From assembly GCF_049554935.1 (NCBI RefSeq), contig NZ_CP186926.1, positions 1,056,001-1,120,000 of the forward strand: 64,000 nt of DNA, given 5' to 3'. The notes under the pieces are model-generated. The model saw only the letters and a list, made by a program, of their open reading frames with translations. It was not told the origin of the DNA and made no database searches. This DNA is from Methanocaldococcus indicus. Lineage in GTDB: Archaea; AGJL01; Methanococci; Methanococcales; Methanocaldococcaceae. The translations under genes and the position numbers were made by a program. Within the stretch, counting starts at the first letter, position 1. Each line of letters starts with the position of its first letter. Shown piece after piece: positions 1-10,033 of this stretch.

Positions 1-218
1 GCTAATTCTCTAAATGGGATATGAGGATATTTTTCACTAATATCTTTTGGAATCTTTTTAACTGCCTCTCCAATAACTTCTAAGCATCTAATAACTGCAT
101 ATTTTATTGCTTTGTTATTTATAAACTCCTCATAATCCATATCTTTTGTGAATTCAATTATATCATCCATGTAAGATAAAATATCATACAAAAATGCCTT
201 TGTATCTCTTTTTGGCAT
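1..218 (-). CDS. HEPN/DUF86 (HepT-like) ribonuclease toxin, runs off window edge
   Basis: Not in the ORF track. Manual translation from ATG at 218 gives MPKRDTKAFLYDILSYMDDIIEFTKDMDYEEF...AVIRCLEVIGEAVKKIP...YPHIPFRELA, typical of DUF86; directly downstream of an MNT gene. Confidence 0.88.
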   Translation of the reverse strand, partial: MPKRDTKAFLYDILSYMDDIIEFTKDMDYEEFINNKAIKYAVIRCLEVIGEAVKKIPKDISEKYPHIPFREL

Positions 219-229
219 TTAACCACCAG

Positions 230-526
230 TTAAATATAAATAAGGTCTTCTTCAATAGATTTTTTTACGTAAGGATTGTGAATAGAGTTTTTTGTAACTA
301 AATCAACTTTAACTCCTAATAACTCAGAAAGATAGTCCTCCAACTCTATCAACTTCAATAAACTTATTGGCTCATAGTAATCAATTAAAATATCAATATC
401 AGAAGTTTCTGTTTGCTCTCCTCTTGCATAACTACCAAATATAGCAATAGATTTAACCTTATATTTCTCCTTTAACTCCTTTTTGTGCTTTCTGAGGATT
501 TCTTTTATTTCTTTGAGAGTTTTCAT
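230..526 (-). CDS. Minimal nucleotidyltransferase (MNT/MntA antitoxin)
   Basis: 98 aa with FGSYARGE...SDIDIL (GS-x10-DxD) and VDLV motifs. Confidence 0.92.
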   Translation of the reverse strand: MKTLKEIKEILRKHKKELKEKYKVKSIAIFGSYARGEQTETSDIDILIDYYEPISLLKLIELEDYLSELLGVKVDLVTKNSIHNPYVKKSIEEDLIYI

Positions 527-546
527 AGTTTCACCAAAAAATAAGA

Positions 547-735
547 TTATTTTAAGAATATTTGCAATACCATAAATATGACAAGTAATAGAACTCCAAT
601 TAATAATGAATCAACTCCAGTATCATTTGAAACTAATGCTGATTTTATACCAAATAAAATTGATAATGCTCCAACTACTCCAATTAATGCTATTATTGCT
701 CTTATCATAATTTTCACCAATAATATTTTAACCAA
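547..735 (-). CDS. Small two-TM membrane protein, unknown function
   Basis: Two hydrophobic segments; overlaps the hsdM stop; true start may be the later MIRAII. Confidence 0.55.
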   Translation of the reverse strand: MVKILLVKIMIRAIIALIGVVGALSILFGIKSALVSNDTGVDSLLIGVLLLVIFMVLQIFLK

Positions 736-2434
736 TCTTATTAATCTCCTCTAAATAACTCTTAACAACTTCAAACTTATTCAAATACTCATTATGTAGT
801 TTATTCAACTCATTATATACTTCTTTTAAATCTATCTCTTCCCCTTCTTCAATAGGTGAAACATACAAAGAAACATTTAAGTTGTAGTCATTCTTTTTAA
901 TCTCCTCAATATCTACAACCTTACAAAATCCATCTACATCCTTAAACTTCTTATATGCCTTTGCTATTTTCTCAATATTTTCATCAGAGAGTTTATTTAA
1001 CCTTCTAATTTCTGGGTGATTGATGTATTCATTAGAGGCATTTATAAACAAGATTTTTCCTTTTCTTTCTTCTGATTTATTTTTATTTAGAACTAAAATA
1101 ATTCCAGGAGCTTGTGCATTGTAAAATATCTTCTCTGGTAATAAAATAACTGCATCAATTAAATCCTCATCTACAAACTTCTTTCTTATAGCTCTTTCTC
1201 TCCCTCCTCTAAATAAAGCTCCTGTATCTATAACTATTCCAGCTTTTTCCTGAGTGTAGTAATTTATTAGTTGAATCCAAGCCCAATCAGCTGAGTTCTT
1301 ATTTGGGAATCCATATTTATATATCTCTGAATGTTTTGGATTATTTTTTAATACATCCTCAGTATATCCATCTTGGTTCCATGGAGGATTTGCTACAACT
1401 TTATTGGCTTTATCTCTTTTTAGCTCTTTTAAAAAACTCTCAAACTTTGGATTTACTAAACTATCTCCAATGAATATTTTAGCATTTGATGGAGTAATGC
1501 CATGTAAGATTATGTTTAATTTAGCTAAAATTCCTGTAACTTCATTTCTTTCTTGTCCTACTAAAACAACATTGTTGTTGAATTTATACTGTTCTATTAA
1601 CATAGAAGCAGAACCACAGGCAGGGTCTAAAATAATATCTCCATCCTTAGGCTCAATAATATAAGCCAACAACTTATTAACCTCTTTGGGAGTATAAACT
1701 TCTCCCTCCTTAGCTTTTGTAGGTGCAAAGTAGTTTAAAATCCATTCATAAGCATCTCCTAAGATATCATAATCTACTGATGATAAATCTACTTTACTAA
1801 ATAAGTCAATAAGTTGCTGAACTATGTATTTATTTTCATTCTCAAATAGGGAAGGTAGTCCTGTTCTCCTAATTAATTCTTGTAATCCTTCTAATTTACC
1901 TCTATTTAGCTCAACAATTCTATTTAAGGCATTTATAAATTCTTCTGGAGAGTTTTTAACATTGTTCCAAGTATATAGTTTATTATTTTCAATATCATAA
2001 AGTTCTAAAACTTCCTCATTAGCTAAAATATAAACATCTTCATCATCCAAATCTTTATGCTCTTCTCTAAGTTTCTCCACAGTTTTAAGATAGATATCAC
2101 TTATAGCTTTATAGAAGAGAAATAGCAAAAGAACTTTGTAATCTACTTGAGTTCTAATTAAATCAGCTCCTTGCTTTAATAAGGAAATTAGCTTATCTTT
2201 TGTTAATCTATTTATTTTTTCCATTTTATCAACAATTCTATATATCTTCTTCCTTTTATCTTTACTATCTTGCTTTTTCTCTAAATATCCTGCATTTACT
2301 AACTTGGATAAAACTTCTGCCACATTTTCATACTTTACTTTAAGAACTTTTTCAGCATTTTCATAAGTAAATGGGAAGTATCCAAACTTTTCCTTTAATA
2401 TTTCATAGGCTTTTATGAATCTTGGCTCTAACAT
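728..2434 (-). CDS. hsdM: Type I restriction-modification N6-adenine methyltransferase with N-terminal wHTH-like extension
   Basis: ILGDAYE, GEVYTP, DPACGSA (SAM motif I), NPPW (motif IV), C-terminal NDYNLNVSLYV. Confidence 0.9.
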   Translation of the reverse strand: MLEPRFIKAYEILKEKFGYFPFTYENAEKVLKVKYENVAEVLSKLVNAGYLEKKQDSKDKRKKIYRIVDKMEKINRLTKDKLISLLKQGADLIRTQVDYKVLLLFLFYKAISDIYLKTVEKLREEHKDLDDEDVYILANEEVLELYDIENNKLYTWNNVKNSPEEFINALNRIVELNRGKLEGLQELIRRTGLPSLFENENKYIVQQLIDLFSKVDLSSVDYDILGDAYEWILNYFAPTKAKEGEVYTPKEVNKLLAYIIEPKDGDIILDPACGSASMLIEQYKFNNNVVLVGQERNEVTGILAKLNIILHGITPSNAKIFIGDSLVNPKFESFLKELKRDKANKVVANPPWNQDGYTEDVLKNNPKHSEIYKYGFPNKNSADWAWIQLINYYTQEKAGIVIDTGALFRGGRERAIRKKFVDEDLIDAVILLPEKIFYNAQAPGIILVLNKNKSEERKGKILFINASNEYINHPEIRRLNKLSDENIEKIAKAYKKFKDVDGFCKVVDIEEIKKNDYNLNVSLYVSPIEEGEEIDLKEVYNELNKLHNEYLNKFEVVKSYLEEINKIG

Positions 2435-2549
2435 TCTACCACCAAATAGATAGTTATTATTATATTATAACTATGTTTTTTTGTATATATACTTTATGTT
2501 TAAATAAATAGTTGTAAAAATAATACAATCTAAAAAATAAGGTGAATAT

Positions 2550-3386
2550 ATGTTAAAAAACTATGCTCTCAAAGTTTTAAATAAATCATTAGAACAAGAT
2601 ATAGGATTTTTTGATGTATCAACTGAAATTTTTGGAAATAAAGAAGGGAGAGCAATAATATTAGCTAAAGAAAAATGTGTTTTGTGTGGTATAGATTTTA
2701 TTAAAGAGTTTTTTGAGAGTTATAATCTAAAATGTAAAAAATTAGCTAATGATGGAGATTTAGTTTTTGGAGAGATTTTGGAAATAGAAGGAAAAATAAA
2801 GGATATTCTTCTTTTAGAGAGGACAGCTTTAAACTTTTTAATGCACCTTTCAGGAGTATCTACAAAAACATACAACATAATTCAAAAAGTTAGAGAAGTA
2901 AATAAAAATGTAAGAATTGCTGGGACAAGAAAGACTCTACCTCTTTTAGCACCTCTTCAAAAGTATGCTATATATATAGCTGGTGGAGATACTCACAGAT
3001 TTAGATTAGATGACTGTATAATGATTAAAGACAACCATATTAAAGCTTTTGGAATGAGAGATGCTATAAAAAAAGTTAGAGAAAAAGTAAGTTTTACAAA
3101 AAAGATAGAGGTAGAAGTAAATAATTTCACTGAATTAAAGATTGCATTAGAGGAAAAAGTAGATATTGTTATGTTGGATAACTTTAAACCAAAAGATGTA
3201 TGTAGAGCTTTAAATATAATAAATAACTTTTACAAAGAAACAAGTTATAGGCCAATAGTTGAAGTTAGTGGAGGAATAAATGAAGATAATATTTTAGAAT
3301 ATGCTAAATATAAAGTAGATGTTATTTCATTAGGTTGCTTAACTCACTCAGTTAAAGCTGTTGATATGAGCTTAGATATTGTGTAG
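2550..3386 (+). CDS. nadC: Quinolinate phosphoribosyltransferase
   Basis: TRKT, HRFRL, IKDNH, IEVEV, MLDNF, SGGI motifs. Confidence 0.96.
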   Translation: MLKNYALKVLNKSLEQDIGFFDVSTEIFGNKEGRAIILAKEKCVLCGIDFIKEFFESYNLKCKKLANDGDLVFGEILEIEGKIKDILLLERTALNFLMHLSGVSTKTYNIIQKVREVNKNVRIAGTRKTLPLLAPLQKYAIYIAGGDTHRFRLDDCIMIKDNHIKAFGMRDAIKKVREKVSFTKKIEVEVNNFTELKIALEEKVDIVMLDNFKPKDVCRALNIINNFYKETSYRPIVEVSGGINEDNILEYAKYKVDVISLGCLTHSVKAVDMSLDIV

Positions 3387-3392
3387 GAGGAT

Positions 3393-3989
3393 ATGATGGA
3401 GATAATAGAAACTCCTAAATATATCAAGGAAGAAATTCTTAAATATATAAATAATGAAACTGAAATTTTAGATGAGCTAAAATTTCTATGTAACTGTAAT
3501 AAGAAGTTTTATGAAATTAGAAAATTAACAGCAGAGATGAGGATGAAACTATACAAGCCAATTATTGAACTCCACTTATGTTTAGCTTTTAATGATTTAA
3601 ATGGACAACTTATAAGTATTGAAGATGATTCTCATGAATTTTCTAAAGAGTTGGATATGAACCTAAAAATTGATTATATGTTTTTATATAACAACAATAA
3701 GAAAGTGTTTATTAGCCATAGATTTTGGGATATAAAGAATCCAAATTCAAAAGAGCATTTTAAAATATTTCATATAAGAGCATCAGAACTAAGAGTTATA
3801 AATGAGACAAATATAGAAAATATATACTTTGTTCATTCTTATACTCATAACTATACTCAGTATCTTGCAACATCCATAATAAACATAAATAAATTAAGAA
3901 AATATTTAAATGACAAATTAAATATTATAAATAACCAAAAAGACCTTATATATGTAATTTGTGAGCCAGATTATATATTTCTATTTTAA
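3393..3989 (+). CDS. Hypothetical protein
   Basis: 198-aa ORF with SD-like GGAGG upstream; no family recognised. Confidence 0.6.
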   Translation: MMEIIETPKYIKEEILKYINNETEILDELKFLCNCNKKFYEIRKLTAEMRMKLYKPIIELHLCLAFNDLNGQLISIEDDSHEFSKELDMNLKIDYMFLYNNNKKVFISHRFWDIKNPNSKEHFKIFHIRASELRVINETNIENIYFVHSYTHNYTQYLATSIININKLRKYLNDKLNIINNQKDLIYVICEPDYIFLF

Positions 3990-4759
3990 TTTTGCTTTAA
4001 AGCTTTTATAACCTCTTCTTTTAGGATGTCATATATTTTCCTCTTATACTCTAAGAATTCAACACTTGTCCTATCTCTTGGTCTTGGTAAATCAATCTTT
4101 ACAATATCCTTTATTCTTCCAGGCCTTGCTGTTAGAACAACAACTCTATCAGAGAGATATATTGCCTCATCAATACTATGAGTTACAAAAAATACAGTTT
4201 TTTTATCTTTTTCCCAAATTTTTAATAGTTCATTTTGTAAAATTACTCTTGTTTGAGCATCTAAGGCAGCAAATGGTTCATCCATTAAAACAATTTCAGG
4301 ATTGTTTGCTAATGTCCTTGCTATTGCAACTCTTTGCTGCATTCCTCCACTAAGTTGCCAAGGATATGCATCTTCAAATCCTTCTAATCCAACCATTTTA
4401 ATAAACTTTTTAGCAATCTCAATTCTTTCATTTTTAGGAATTCCTTTAATCTCTAAACCAAAAGTCACATTTTTTAGGACAGTTCTCCAAGGCATTAATG
4501 TATATTGTTGAAAAACTACACCTCTATCTGCTCCAGGTCCTTTAACCTCTCTACCATCTAATAAAATCTTTCCCTCTGTTGGTTTGTCTAATCCTGCAAT
4601 AATCCTTAATAATGTTGTCTTTCCACAACCACTTGGACCCATAACTGTTAAAAATTCATTTTCATAAACATCCAAGTTTATATTTTCAAGAGCTTTAACC
4701 TTATTCCTATTGTATTCAAAAATCTTTGTAAGATTTTCAATCTTTAACTTTACATTCAT
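3986..4759 (-). CDS. ABC transporter ATP-binding subunit, nitrate/sulfonate/bicarbonate type
   Basis: GPSGCGKT, LSGGMQQR, LMDEPFAALD, VTHSIDEA, ARPGRI. Confidence 0.93.
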   Translation of the reverse strand: MNVKLKIENLTKIFEYNRNKVKALENINLDVYENEFLTVMGPSGCGKTTLLRIIAGLDKPTEGKILLDGREVKGPGADRGVVFQQYTLMPWRTVLKNVTFGLEIKGIPKNERIEIAKKFIKMVGLEGFEDAYPWQLSGGMQQRVAIARTLANNPEIVLMDEPFAALDAQTRVILQNELLKIWEKDKKTVFFVTHSIDEAIYLSDRVVVLTARPGRIKDIVKIDLPRPRDRTSVEFLEYKRKIYDILKEEVIKALKQN

Positions 4760-4861
4760 TTATTTCACTTTTTTAGTTTTTAAGTTTAATATTTCTAAAA
4801 TTTTGTATTGGAGTTATAAATATATAATATTGATTAATTTTTTTAACTAAAAATCTTTAGG

Positions 4862-5542
4862 GTGTTAATAATTATGGACTTGAAAGAGAAAGTAGCAAAA
4901 GAGGCATTAAAGTATATTAAAGATGGATATGTTGTGGGGTTAGGTAGTGGTTCAACAGCAGCAATATTTATTAGAGAACTTGCAAAAAAGATGGAAGAAG
5001 AAGATTTAAATGTTTTTGGAATTCCAACATCTTATGAAGCAAGATTTTTAGCTATTCAGTATGGTATTCCATTAGTTAGTTTAGATGAGTATGATATTGA
5101 TTTAGCTGTTGATGGTGCTGATGAAGTTGATAAAAATTTAAATTTAATTAAAGGAGGTGGAGGTTGCCACACATTGGAGAAGATTGTTGATTACAATGCA
5201 AAGAAGTTTATTGTTATTGTTGATGAGTCAAAATTAGTTAATAGTTTAGGAGAAAAGTTTCCTATTCCTGTTGAAGTTTTACCAGTAGCATATAGAACAG
5301 TTATGAAAGAACTTTCTAATTATGGAAATGCTGTTATTAGATTAGCTGAAAGAAAAAGAGGACCAATAATTACTGACAATGGAAACTTTATTATTGATTT
5401 GTATGCTAAAAATATAGATAATCCAAAAGAGTTGGAGAGAGAAATAAATACAATCCCAGGAGTTGTAGAAAATGGAATATTTACAAAAGTTGATGAGGTG
5501 TTAGTAGCAACTAAAAAAGAAGTAAAAAAGTTAAAGAAATAA
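4862..5542 (+). CDS. rpiA: Ribose-5-phosphate isomerase A (likely start ATG 4874)
   Basis: GLGSGST, DGADE, KGGGG, PGVVENGIF. Confidence 0.96.
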   Translation: MLIIMDLKEKVAKEALKYIKDGYVVGLGSGSTAAIFIRELAKKMEEEDLNVFGIPTSYEARFLAIQYGIPLVSLDEYDIDLAVDGADEVDKNLNLIKGGGGCHTLEKIVDYNAKKFIVIVDESKLVNSLGEKFPIPVEVLPVAYRTVMKELSNYGNAVIRLAERKRGPIITDNGNFIIDLYAKNIDNPKELEREINTIPGVVENGIFTKVDEVLVATKKEVKKLKK

Positions 5543-5723
5543 AAAGGTTAAAATAATAAATAATTAATTACTATTTTTAAATATTTATAAGAAATTTCCT
5601 AATTAACTTTTCCTGCTTATATCCTATATCATATTATCTTTATTAAGATTAAATTATAAATTATAAATAACATAAAAATTAAGTTATTATTAAAGATAAT
5701 ATAATATTTATGAGGTAAATATT

Positions 5724-6113
5724 ATGATAACAATATCTGAAAACTCCAAAGCTGAGGATTTAGTAGAATTAGCAAAAGCTATTCATTTTTTAGTTAATAA
5801 ACTTCCTGTAGCAATGAGAAGTAAGAACTATCCTGGTGTTAGAGTAGAAAAAGGAGATGTTGTAGATAAAAATTATGAAGGTTATGTTTTAAAAGTGGCT
5901 ATACAGATAGGAAGGACTATAAAAGCTACTCCAATAACTGGACCTTATAAAGGTTTGCCAGTTATAGTAACTCCTCTAAAAGATAAGGATAACAATATAG
6001 TTGGAGTTGTTGGTGTAGTAGATATAACTGCTGGAATATTTGATGATATACTAACATTAGCAAGACGTCCAGAACTTTATAAATTCCTACCAGATGATGC
6101 ATTTCCAAAATAA
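5724..6113 (+). CDS. DUF2111-like methanogen protein
   Basis: LPVAMRS...GVRVEKG...GPYKGLPVIV...GVVD pattern recalled for DUF2111. Confidence 0.65.
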   Translation: MITISENSKAEDLVELAKAIHFLVNKLPVAMRSKNYPGVRVEKGDVVDKNYEGYVLKVAIQIGRTIKATPITGPYKGLPVIVTPLKDKDNNIVGVVGVVDITAGIFDDILTLARRPELYKFLPDDAFPK

Positions 6114-6786
6114 ATATTTTTTGATGTTTATGGAAATAATAGTATTAAAAGAAATAGATAGCACCAATAATTATGCAAAAAAGTTAATTGACAAAAATAA
6201 GAACAATTTTGTTGTTTTAGCTAATAAACAAACTAATGGTAGAGGTAGATTAGATAGAAAATGGATATCTAATGAAGGAGGATTATATTTTAGTTTAGTT
6301 AAAGATTTTTCAGATATTTATCCTATTTTAACACCTTTAGCAATAGTTAAAACACTTAAACTATTCAATATAGATGCTAAAATAAAATTTCCAAATGACA
6401 TAACTATTAATAATAAAAAGCTATCAGGAATTTTAATTGAGAGTTATAAAGATAGAGTTATTATTGGAATAGGAATAAACTTCTATAATAAAGTTGAATT
6501 AGATACAGCAATATCAATATATGATTTAAATACATTTGTTGATAGATTAGAATTTTTATTTAAATTTTTGGAAATATTTAATAAATATTTAAAAAAAGAT
6601 AAAAACCAAATATTAGATGAATATAAAAAATATTCTTCCACTTTAAACCAAAAAGTTAAATTAATTTTGCCAAATAAAGTAGTTGAAGGTTTTGTTAGGG
6701 ATATAGATTTTGATGGAATTACTTTAAAAATAGGAGATAGAGAAGTTAAATATCCTACTGGGGAAGTAGTGCATTTAAGAATTTAG
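6094..6786 (+). CDS. birA: Biotin-protein ligase (likely start at MEIIVL, 6130)
   Basis: DSTNN, QTNGRGR, KFPND, KKLSGILIE. Confidence 0.93.
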   Translation: MMHFQNKYFLMFMEIIVLKEIDSTNNYAKKLIDKNKNNFVVLANKQTNGRGRLDRKWISNEGGLYFSLVKDFSDIYPILTPLAIVKTLKLFNIDAKIKFPNDITINNKKLSGILIESYKDRVIIGIGINFYNKVELDTAISIYDLNTFVDRLEFLFKFLEIFNKYLKKDKNQILDEYKKYSSTLNQKVKLILPNKVVEGFVRDIDFDGITLKIGDREVKYPTGEVVHLRI

Positions 6787-7277
6787 TTTAAAGGTTTTGA
6801 TATACAAAATTCACATAAAGAATATTTATTAAGTTGCTTATTTTTAACTGGACAGTAATAGATATTTCCTTTTTTTATGATTTTTAAACCTCCAGGAAAT
6901 ATTAAATATTCAGGATGGAAAGGTTTTTTGGCTATAAATCTTAAATATGGACAAATAATCTTAGAAAGTTTAATAAACTTCTCTTCTTCTTTTGTATTGT
7001 ATCTCCTAAAATTTTCAATCCTCTCAATTAATTTTCTATATAGATTTTCATCTATCTCATAATCCTCTATATCTTCTAAATTTAGTCTCTTTAATTCTTT
7101 AAAAGTATCTAAAAAGTATTTGAGCATAGCATTTATGTAGCTCTCCCTATACTTCTCAGGGAGATATTTAGCATCTTTTTCTAAGAAAACCTTTATATCT
7201 ATAATATCATATATTCCAAAATCTTTTGCCTCTTCTTTCAACTTTTTTAATAACTCCTTAGCTTTCACAACAACCAC
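6783..7277 (-). CDS. UPF0305/DUF2115 family protein
   Basis: PFHP...FPGG...YYCPVK...LCEFC motif. Confidence 0.75.
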   Translation of the reverse strand: MVVVKAKELLKKLKEEAKDFGIYDIIDIKVFLEKDAKYLPEKYRESYINAMLKYFLDTFKELKRLNLEDIEDYEIDENLYRKLIERIENFRRYNTKEEEKFIKLSKIICPYLRFIAKKPFHPEYLIFPGGLKIIKKGNIYYCPVKNKQLNKYSLCEFCISKPLN

Positions 7278-7831
7278 TCAATCATAAAGCATAATGCTGA
7301 AACTAACAAAGCCCCAACAACTAATTTTAGTCCAGATATTATAATGTTCTCATGAGATATTCTTCCAATATATATTCCTAATATAAACAACAACAATATA
7401 GTTATTAATATAGATATGTATAATGCTAATGTTATTTTAAATACAAAGAATGGTATTATTGGTAAGACAGAGCCAAAAGTTGTAGATACCCCATCAATAA
7501 TTCCACATACAATACATTCATTTATAGCTTTTTTATATAAAATTGATTTTTTTAAATATCCCTTATTTTTTAATAAACTTTTTTCTTTTTGTATTCTTTC
7601 TCTTTCTAATGATGCTCTTTCAGCTGTTAATGCTCCTAAAATATTTGATAAACCATTAGCTATTCCTCCACCTAAACCAGCAGATATAATGGTTGTTGCA
7701 TCTCCTGAAACACTTGCTCCTATAACTACTCCCAAAACAGATAAAGACCCATCTATTAAGCCTCTAACTATATACCTTACTGTTGATTCATTTTTTAAAA
7801 TATCTTTTATTTTAACCCGTATTCTTATCAC
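7265..7831 (-). CDS. VIT1/CCC1-like membrane protein (TIGR00267 type)
   Basis: RYIVRGLIDGSLSVLGVV, SNILGALTAERA, PIIPF; about 5 TM segments. Confidence 0.8.
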   Translation of the reverse strand: MIRIRVKIKDILKNESTVRYIVRGLIDGSLSVLGVVIGASVSGDATTIISAGLGGGIANGLSNILGALTAERASLERERIQKEKSLLKNKGYLKKSILYKKAINECIVCGIIDGVSTTFGSVLPIIPFFVFKITLALYISILITILLLFILGIYIGRISHENIIISGLKLVVGALLVSALCFMIEWLL

Positions 7832-8425
7832 CTACAATTTTAGTATATCTTTCAAATCATAACCTCTTAAAATTTTCTCTCTAATAACTTTTTCTTTATT
7901 TTTAATTTCAATAACTCTTTTTAATATTTTATCTAAGTCTTCTTTTTTTATTACCACCACTCCATTAATATCTCCTACTATTATATCTCCTGGATAAACT
8001 GTTATATTATCTATTTCAATTGGAATATTTATTTTTCCTCTATCTAATGGTTTTCCAGCTTTTGGATTAACACCTCTTGCAAATACAGGAAAATTTAATT
8101 TTTTTATATCTTCTAAGTCCCTAACATATCCATCTATAACAACTCCTTTCACACCTTTAACTTTACAGTTTAAAGTAGCCAATCCTCCAAAAACAGCCAA
8201 ATTTCCATGAACTTTAACAACTAAAACTTTATTTCTTGCATAAGAAATTGCTTTAACAACAGTTCCCCAATCTTTTTCATCTACTTCAACAGTAACAGCT
8301 TCTCCATACACAACTTTATCAATATCTATTATAGGTTTTAGATTCAAAGTATATGCCCCTGCATCAGATAGGTTTGGAGTAGATATATTTTTAAACATAA
8401 CTATCCACTGAAATATAGATACCAA
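7832..8425 (-). CDS. RraA/HMG aldolase family protein
   Basis: STPNLSDA, AVFGGL, VIDGYVRD, PGDIIVGDINGVV. Confidence 0.88.
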   Translation of the reverse strand: MVSIFQWIVMFKNISTPNLSDAGAYTLNLKPIIDIDKVVYGEAVTVEVDEKDWGTVVKAISYARNKVLVVKVHGNLAVFGGLATLNCKVKGVKGVVIDGYVRDLEDIKKLNFPVFARGVNPKAGKPLDRGKINIPIEIDNITVYPGDIIVGDINGVVVIKKEDLDKILKRVIEIKNKEKVIREKILRGYDLKDILKL

Positions 8426-9048
8426 CTAATTGGCTCTAAAAATCCTGCAATAGAGATGAATATAAATGCTAAAATAAAGAGTAGAAATAACTTATTTTTA
8501 GATAAAGATTTATTTACAACTGGATATATTTTGTTTGCTAACTCTACTCCCAAAACAATAGATATAGCAAAACCTAAGAATTCAAAAGTTCCATGTATTA
8601 ATACATATTTTAAAGCAGTAAATTTCAATTTATATCCAATAATCCCTGTTAAAGGATTTAAAACTGCTATAATAAAGAGAATTGTTAAATATTTCTCATA
8701 TCTTTTTTTATCTTCATTATCTTTTTTAGCTAAGTATGCAAATAATGCAAAAACAAAAATAATAACTAAACATCCAGTAAAATTAGATATTATATATGAT
8801 AAAGCGCAATCTAAATATGGGTTGTTAGTTGCTGATGATACAGTCATTGAAACTACTTCATACTTTGCTGTTCCAACTGTTTTAATTGTATCTAAAGTAA
8901 TTTCAATAGTTTTTTTAGATTTAAATAAATTTGATAAGTAATATATTAATTTTCCTAATGAAAAAGAGAATAAGAAACCTAACCAACACAATATATAAGT
9001 TAAAAAAATTTTTTTATATAATGGAAGATTTAAATATTTTTTAATCAT
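8401..9048 (-). CDS. Multi-pass membrane protein, SpoIIM/DUF95-like
   Basis: HGTFE motif, C-terminal AGFLE, several TM helices. Confidence 0.65.
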   Translation of the reverse strand: MIKKYLNLPLYKKIFLTYILCWLGFLFSFSLGKLIYYLSNLFKSKKTIEITLDTIKTVGTAKYEVVSMTVSSATNNPYLDCALSYIISNFTGCLVIIFVFALFAYLAKKDNEDKKRYEKYLTILFIIAVLNPLTGIIGYKLKFTALKYVLIHGTFEFLGFAISIVLGVELANKIYPVVNKSLSKNKLFLLFILAFIFISIAGFLEPISWYLYFSG

Positions 9049-9477
9049 TTACAACATCCTTATAGGTCTTATAGCCCCACAAGCCATACATTTTAACATG
9101 TGTATTCTACCTTCTTTAATAATCTTAGTATCTGGCTTACCACATTCTCTACAAATGACATACTCTCTTAAGAATGAGTTGATTCTATCTTTTAACAATT
9201 CAGGGCTAATTTTTCTTTGTAAAATTAATCTTCCACCTTCAACTGTTCCAGCACTACCAGTTTCTTTTAATAAATATTTAGCAAAGAAGTTCTCATCTCT
9301 ATTCATTGCTTTAGCAAGTTCTCTGAAATTTCTAATTATAGTTTTATTACCTTCAATAATTACCTCTATTGGAGGTAGCTCAAACCTATCTTTTTCAAAA
9401 ACATAATCAGGAATTTGTTCTCTTGCTCTTTTTAAAAGTGTTTTATAGTCATATAAATCAAGTTCATCAACTTTCAT
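9049..9477 (-). CDS. eif2b: Translation initiation factor aIF2 beta
   Basis: RFELP, GNKTIIRNF, zinc ribbon CRECGKPDT...CMACGA. Confidence 0.96.
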   Translation of the reverse strand: MKVDELDLYDYKTLLKRAREQIPDYVFEKDRFELPPIEVIIEGNKTIIRNFRELAKAMNRDENFFAKYLLKETGSAGTVEGGRLILQRKISPELLKDRINSFLREYVICRECGKPDTKIIKEGRIHMLKCMACGAIRPIRML

Positions 9478-9487
9478 ATCTCTTCAC

Positions 9488-9673
9488 TTATCTTATTCTT
9501 TTCTTATTAACTTTTTTATTTTGCCATGAGTATTTTCTCATTCTTGGGTTTGGATATCCACATGCTGCACATCTTTTTTTTCTTACATGATAAGCTCTTC
9601 TTCCACATCTTCTACATCTTATATGATAACTTCCTTTATTTCTTTTACCCATTGATGGTGTTCCTTTTGTCAT
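9488..9673 (-). CDS. rpl37e: 50S ribosomal protein L37e
   Basis: [13 protein letters not shown]...CRRCG...CAACGYP. Confidence 0.98.
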   Translation of the reverse strand: MTKGTPSMGKRNKGSYHIRCRRCGRRAYHVRKKRCAACGYPNPRMRKYSWQNKKVNKKRIR

Positions 9674-9814
9674 TTATTTCCCTCCTTATAAGTTATAAAT
9701 AATTTTTAATTTTACCAATTTGAGTAGTTAGAGAATAATAGGGATATAATGTATAAATAATGTATAAAAAGGTTTCATTAGTTATTATTAGTATCTTATA
9801 TAAAAAAGTTATAA

Positions 9815-10024
9815 TTAAGATTTTAATATAGTTTTTAAATACTGTATTGGAACATGAATTATATAACCTATAACTCCTAATAATGTTATTCCAAAAGCTG
9901 TTACTTTTGCAACTTGTATATATTCATCTTTTGTAGGTTTTTTTAAAACCAACCAAACTCTTTTACATTCTTCAATAAATTCTTTAAAATCTTCTATAAT
10001 TCTATATATTTCTGTTTTATCCAT
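9815..10024 (-). CDS. secE: Protein translocase subunit SecE (Sec61 gamma)
   Basis: RVWLVLKKPTKDEY plus one TM; downstream of ftsZ. Confidence 0.95.
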   Translation of the reverse strand: MDKTEIYRIIEDFKEFIEECKRVWLVLKKPTKDEYIQVAKVTAFGITLLGVIGYIIHVPIQYLKTILKS

Positions 10025-10033
10025 AAATATCCC

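Noticed and set aside
3986-4759. ABC ATPase without adjacent permease or binding protein
   Set aside because: Split transporter operons are common in these genomes; ORF is intact.
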